DNA of 32,000 nt, taken from positions 2,057,177-2,089,176 of the forward strand of contig NZ_CP054058.1 of NCBI RefSeq assembly GCF_003935895.2, read 5' to 3'. A program made the translations under genes and the position numbers. Position 1 is the first letter of the stretch. Each line of letters begins with the position of its first letter. The notes beneath the pieces were generated by a model. The model saw only the letters and a list, made by a program, of their open reading frames with translations. It had not been told where the DNA came from and ran no database searches. Below, one piece after another: positions 29,950 through 32,000 of the stretch. This DNA comes from Scandinavium goeteborgense. Its GTDB lineage: Bacteria; Pseudomonadota; Gammaproteobacteria; Enterobacterales; Enterobacteriaceae.

Positions 29950-31638
29950 ATGGACAAATCAGCCGCAGGGCAAAAGTCGCAAACAGTCAGTTTCTTACAT
30001 CACATCCGTCTCGTTCCACTGTTCTCCTCCATTCTGGGCGGCATCCTGCTGCTGTTCGCATTAAGCTCGGGCCTGGCGGGGTATTTCCTGTTGCAGGCAG
30101 ATACCGACCAGAACGACGTCACGCAAGAGTTAGAAGTCCGAATGGGGCTGTCAAACAGTTCAAACCACCTGCGTACCGCGCGTATCAACTTGATCCACGC
30201 CGGGGCCGCCAGCCGTATTGCTGAAATGGATGAGATGAAGCGCAATATCTCCGAGGCTGATCTGCGCATCAAACAGTCGCAGGAAGGGTTCAAGCAGTAC
30301 GTGAACCGAGAAGTGAAAACCCCTGCGGACGAAGCGCTGGATGGCGAAATCAACGCCCGTTACAACGCCTATATCGACGGCATGAAGCCGATGCTGAAAT
30401 ATGCTAAAAACGGCATGTTTGAGGCGATCATCAATCATGAAAACGAGCATGCTCGCCTGCTGGATTCGGCCTATAACGAGGTGCTGCTGAAAGCGATTAA
30501 AATTCGCAGCGACCGCGCGCGGCATCTTTCTGAATCGGCGCATCACCGCACCCAGCTCGGCCTGGCCTTTATGGTGGGTGCCTTTGCGCTGGCGCTGGTG
30601 TTGACGCTGCTGACCTTTGTTGCGCTGCGTCGCACCGTCATCAATCCCCTTCGCCGTGCGCTGCATCGCATCGAGCAAATTGCCGATGGCAATTTAACCC
30701 TGGCGGAAGAAGCCACCGGGCGCAGTGAAATCGGCAAGCTGAGCCACGATTTGCAGAAGATGCAGCACGCGCTGTCGCAAACCGTCGGCACCGTACGTCA
30801 GGGAGTCGAAGAAATTTACCGCGGCACCAGCGAAATTTCGGCGGGCAATACCGATCTATCGTCCCGCACCGAACAGCAGGCGGCGGCGATTGAAGAAACG
30901 GCTGCCAGCATGGAACAGCTGACCGCAACGGTGAAACAGAACGCCGACAACGCGCATCATGCCACCAAACTGGCGGAAGACGCGTCCGGGAAAGCCACCC
31001 GCGGCGGGCAGATTGTGTCGGGCGTCGTGTCGACGATGGGTAACATCTCCAGTAGCTCGAAGAAAATTTCAGAAATTACCGCCGTGATTAACAGCATCGC
31101 GTTCCAGACCAATATTCTGGCGCTCAACGCGGCGGTAGAAGCGGCGCGCGCCGGGGAACAAGGGCGTGGATTTGCCGTGGTCGCCAGCGAAGTGCGGACC
31201 CTGGCGAGCCGCAGCGCGCAGGCGGCGAAAGAGATTGAAGGGTTGATCAGCGAGTCCGTAACGCTGATTGAACGCGGCTCTGGCGAAGTGGTTGCGGCGG
31301 GGAGCACCATGAGCGAAATCGTTGATGCGGTGAAGCGCGTAACCGACATCATGCTGGAAATTGCCGCGGCATCAGACGAACAGAGTCGCGGTATTTTGCA
31401 GGTCAGCCAGGCGATCACCGAAATGGATAACGTCACCCAGCAGAACGCCTCGCTGGTGGAAGAAGCGTCTGCGGCGGCAGGATCGCTGGAAGAGCAGGCC
31501 GCGCGTCTGACCGAAGCCGTGGGCGCATTCCGCTTGCAGCACGCGGGTGCAGTTCGCCAGCCGAAACCGACTTCCGCCCCAACCTATGTTCCACAGCGTC
31601 CAGCACTGGCAAGCGGGGATAACTGGGAAACCTTTTGA
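29950..31638 (+). CDS. Methyl-accepting chemotaxis protein, Tar/Tsr family (4-helix-bundle sensor, HAMP, NWETF tether); ligand unknown
   Basis: 562 aa with two TM segments and the highly conserved signalling hairpin ([30 protein letters not shown]). Methylation-site helices are present ([31 protein letters not shown]). The C-terminal pentapeptide is NWETF. Confidence 0.92.
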   Translation: MDKSAAGQKSQTVSFLHHIRLVPLFSSILGGILLLFALSSGLAGYFLLQADTDQNDVTQELEVRMGLSNSSNHLRTARINLIHAGAASRIAEMDEMKRNISEADLRIKQSQEGFKQYVNREVKTPADEALDGEINARYNAYIDGMKPMLKYAKNGMFEAIINHENEHARLLDSAYNEVLLKAIKIRSDRARHLSESAHHRTQLGLAFMVGAFALALVLTLLTFVALRRTVINPLRRALHRIEQIADGNLTLAEEATGRSEIGKLSHDLQKMQHALSQTVGTVRQGVEEIYRGTSEISAGNTDLSSRTEQQAAAIEETAASMEQLTATVKQNADNAHHATKLAEDASGKATRGGQIVSGVVSTMGNISSSSKKISEITAVINSIAFQTNILALNAAVEAARAGEQGRGFAVVASEVRTLASRSAQAAKEIEGLISESVTLIERGSGEVVAAGSTMSEIVDAVKRVTDIMLEIAAASDEQSRGILQVSQAITEMDNVTQQNASLVEEASAAAGSLEEQAARLTEAVGAFRLQHAGAVRQPKPTSAPTYVPQRPALASGDNWETF

Positions 31639-31649
31639 TTAAGGGAAAT

Positions 31650-31712
31650 GCCCGGTGGCGCTTCGCTTACCGGGCCTACTTCGAATTTGATATTACCGTA
31701 GGCCTGGCACAA
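31650..31712. repeat. REP element(s) downstream of the chemoreceptor gene
   Basis: GCCCGGTGGCGCTTCGCTTACCGGGCCTAC (31650-31679) plus a partial inverted copy beginning GTAGGCCTGGCAC at 31698. Confidence 0.75.
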
Positions 31713-31722
31713 CAACGGACAT

Positions 31723-31746
31723 AAAAAAAGGGACCTTTCGGTCCCT
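31723..31746 (-). terminator. Rho-independent terminator of the PQQ-dehydrogenase gene (may also serve the plus strand weakly)
   Basis: On the minus strand: AGGGACC-gaaa-GGTCCCT followed by TTTTTTTAT, 21 nt after the minus-strand stop at 31767. Confidence 0.85.
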
Positions 31747-31766
31747 TTATCGTTACAGCGAGAAGA

Positions 31767-32000
31767 TTACTGCTTGTCCGGCAGCGCGTAGGCAATGATG
31801 TAATCGCCACGGTCCGGAGACTGACGAGCACCGCCCGCGTTAATGATGATGTACTGCTTCCCGGTTTTCGGTGACACGTAAGTCATCGGGCCGGACTGGC
31901 TGCCCACCGGCAGACGGGATTTCCAGATTTCTTTCCCGTTCGCGGTATCGAACGCGCGCAGGTAGAAATCTTGCGTGCCCGCGAAGAACAGCAGACCCGA
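31767..32000 (-). CDS. Membrane-bound PQQ-dependent (glucose/quinate/shikimate family) dehydrogenase. C-terminal 77 codons only; the 5' part is off-window.
   Basis: The reverse strand gives ..GLLFFAGTQDFYLRAFDTANGKEIWKSRLPVGSQSGPMTYVSPKTGKQYIIINAGGARQSPDRGDYIIAYALPDKQ*. This resembles the last beta-propeller blade and the ..GDYxxAYALPD tail of E. coli Gcd. It is missing from the ORF track because it is truncated. Confidence 0.75.
   Translation of the reverse strand, partial: SGLLFFAGTQDFYLRAFDTANGKEIWKSRLPVGSQSGPMTYVSPKTGKQYIIINAGGARQSPDRGDYIIAYALPDKQ

Overview
Chromosomal segment from the replication-terminus region of an Enterobacteriaceae genome. Positions 1-20,000 are collinear, in inverted orientation, with the E. 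coli K-12 block malY-malX-malI / ydgA-manA-fumA-fumC-tus(TerB)-rstB-rstA-ydgC-folM-ydgI-ydgH-pntA-pntB. The K-12 hdhA-uidRABC genes between malI and ydgA are absent, so this is not a K-12-like E. coli. The genus cannot be fixed from the window; the REP style and the ogl module suggest Klebsiella, Enterobacter or Citrobacter. Positions 20,000-32,000 are a mosaic: leuE-yoaF; a divergent oligogalacturonate lyase (ogl) / GPH-transporter pair with KdgR- and CRP-type sites; an AT-rich islet; frmR-frmA; a sigma-28-driven Tar/Tsr-family chemoreceptor; and the 3' end of a PQQ-dependent dehydrogenase. The islet holds an alpha/beta hydrolase, an SDR reductase, about 1 kb of coding-poor DNA and a Kbp/YgaU homologue. 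I found no rRNA, tRNA, CRISPR array, transposase, integrase or recognisable defence or toxin system. I do not see a clear multi-gene novel system. The most unexplained sequence is the AT-rich islet at 24.7-28.3 kb. It contains a diverged 67-nt duplication with a 20/21 identical core, competing helices upstream of the SDR gene, and an orphan ORF that carries a terminator-like hairpin. All protein identifications rest on my recollection of E. coli, Salmonella and Dickeya sequences and motifs, not on database searches. All counts are hand counts.
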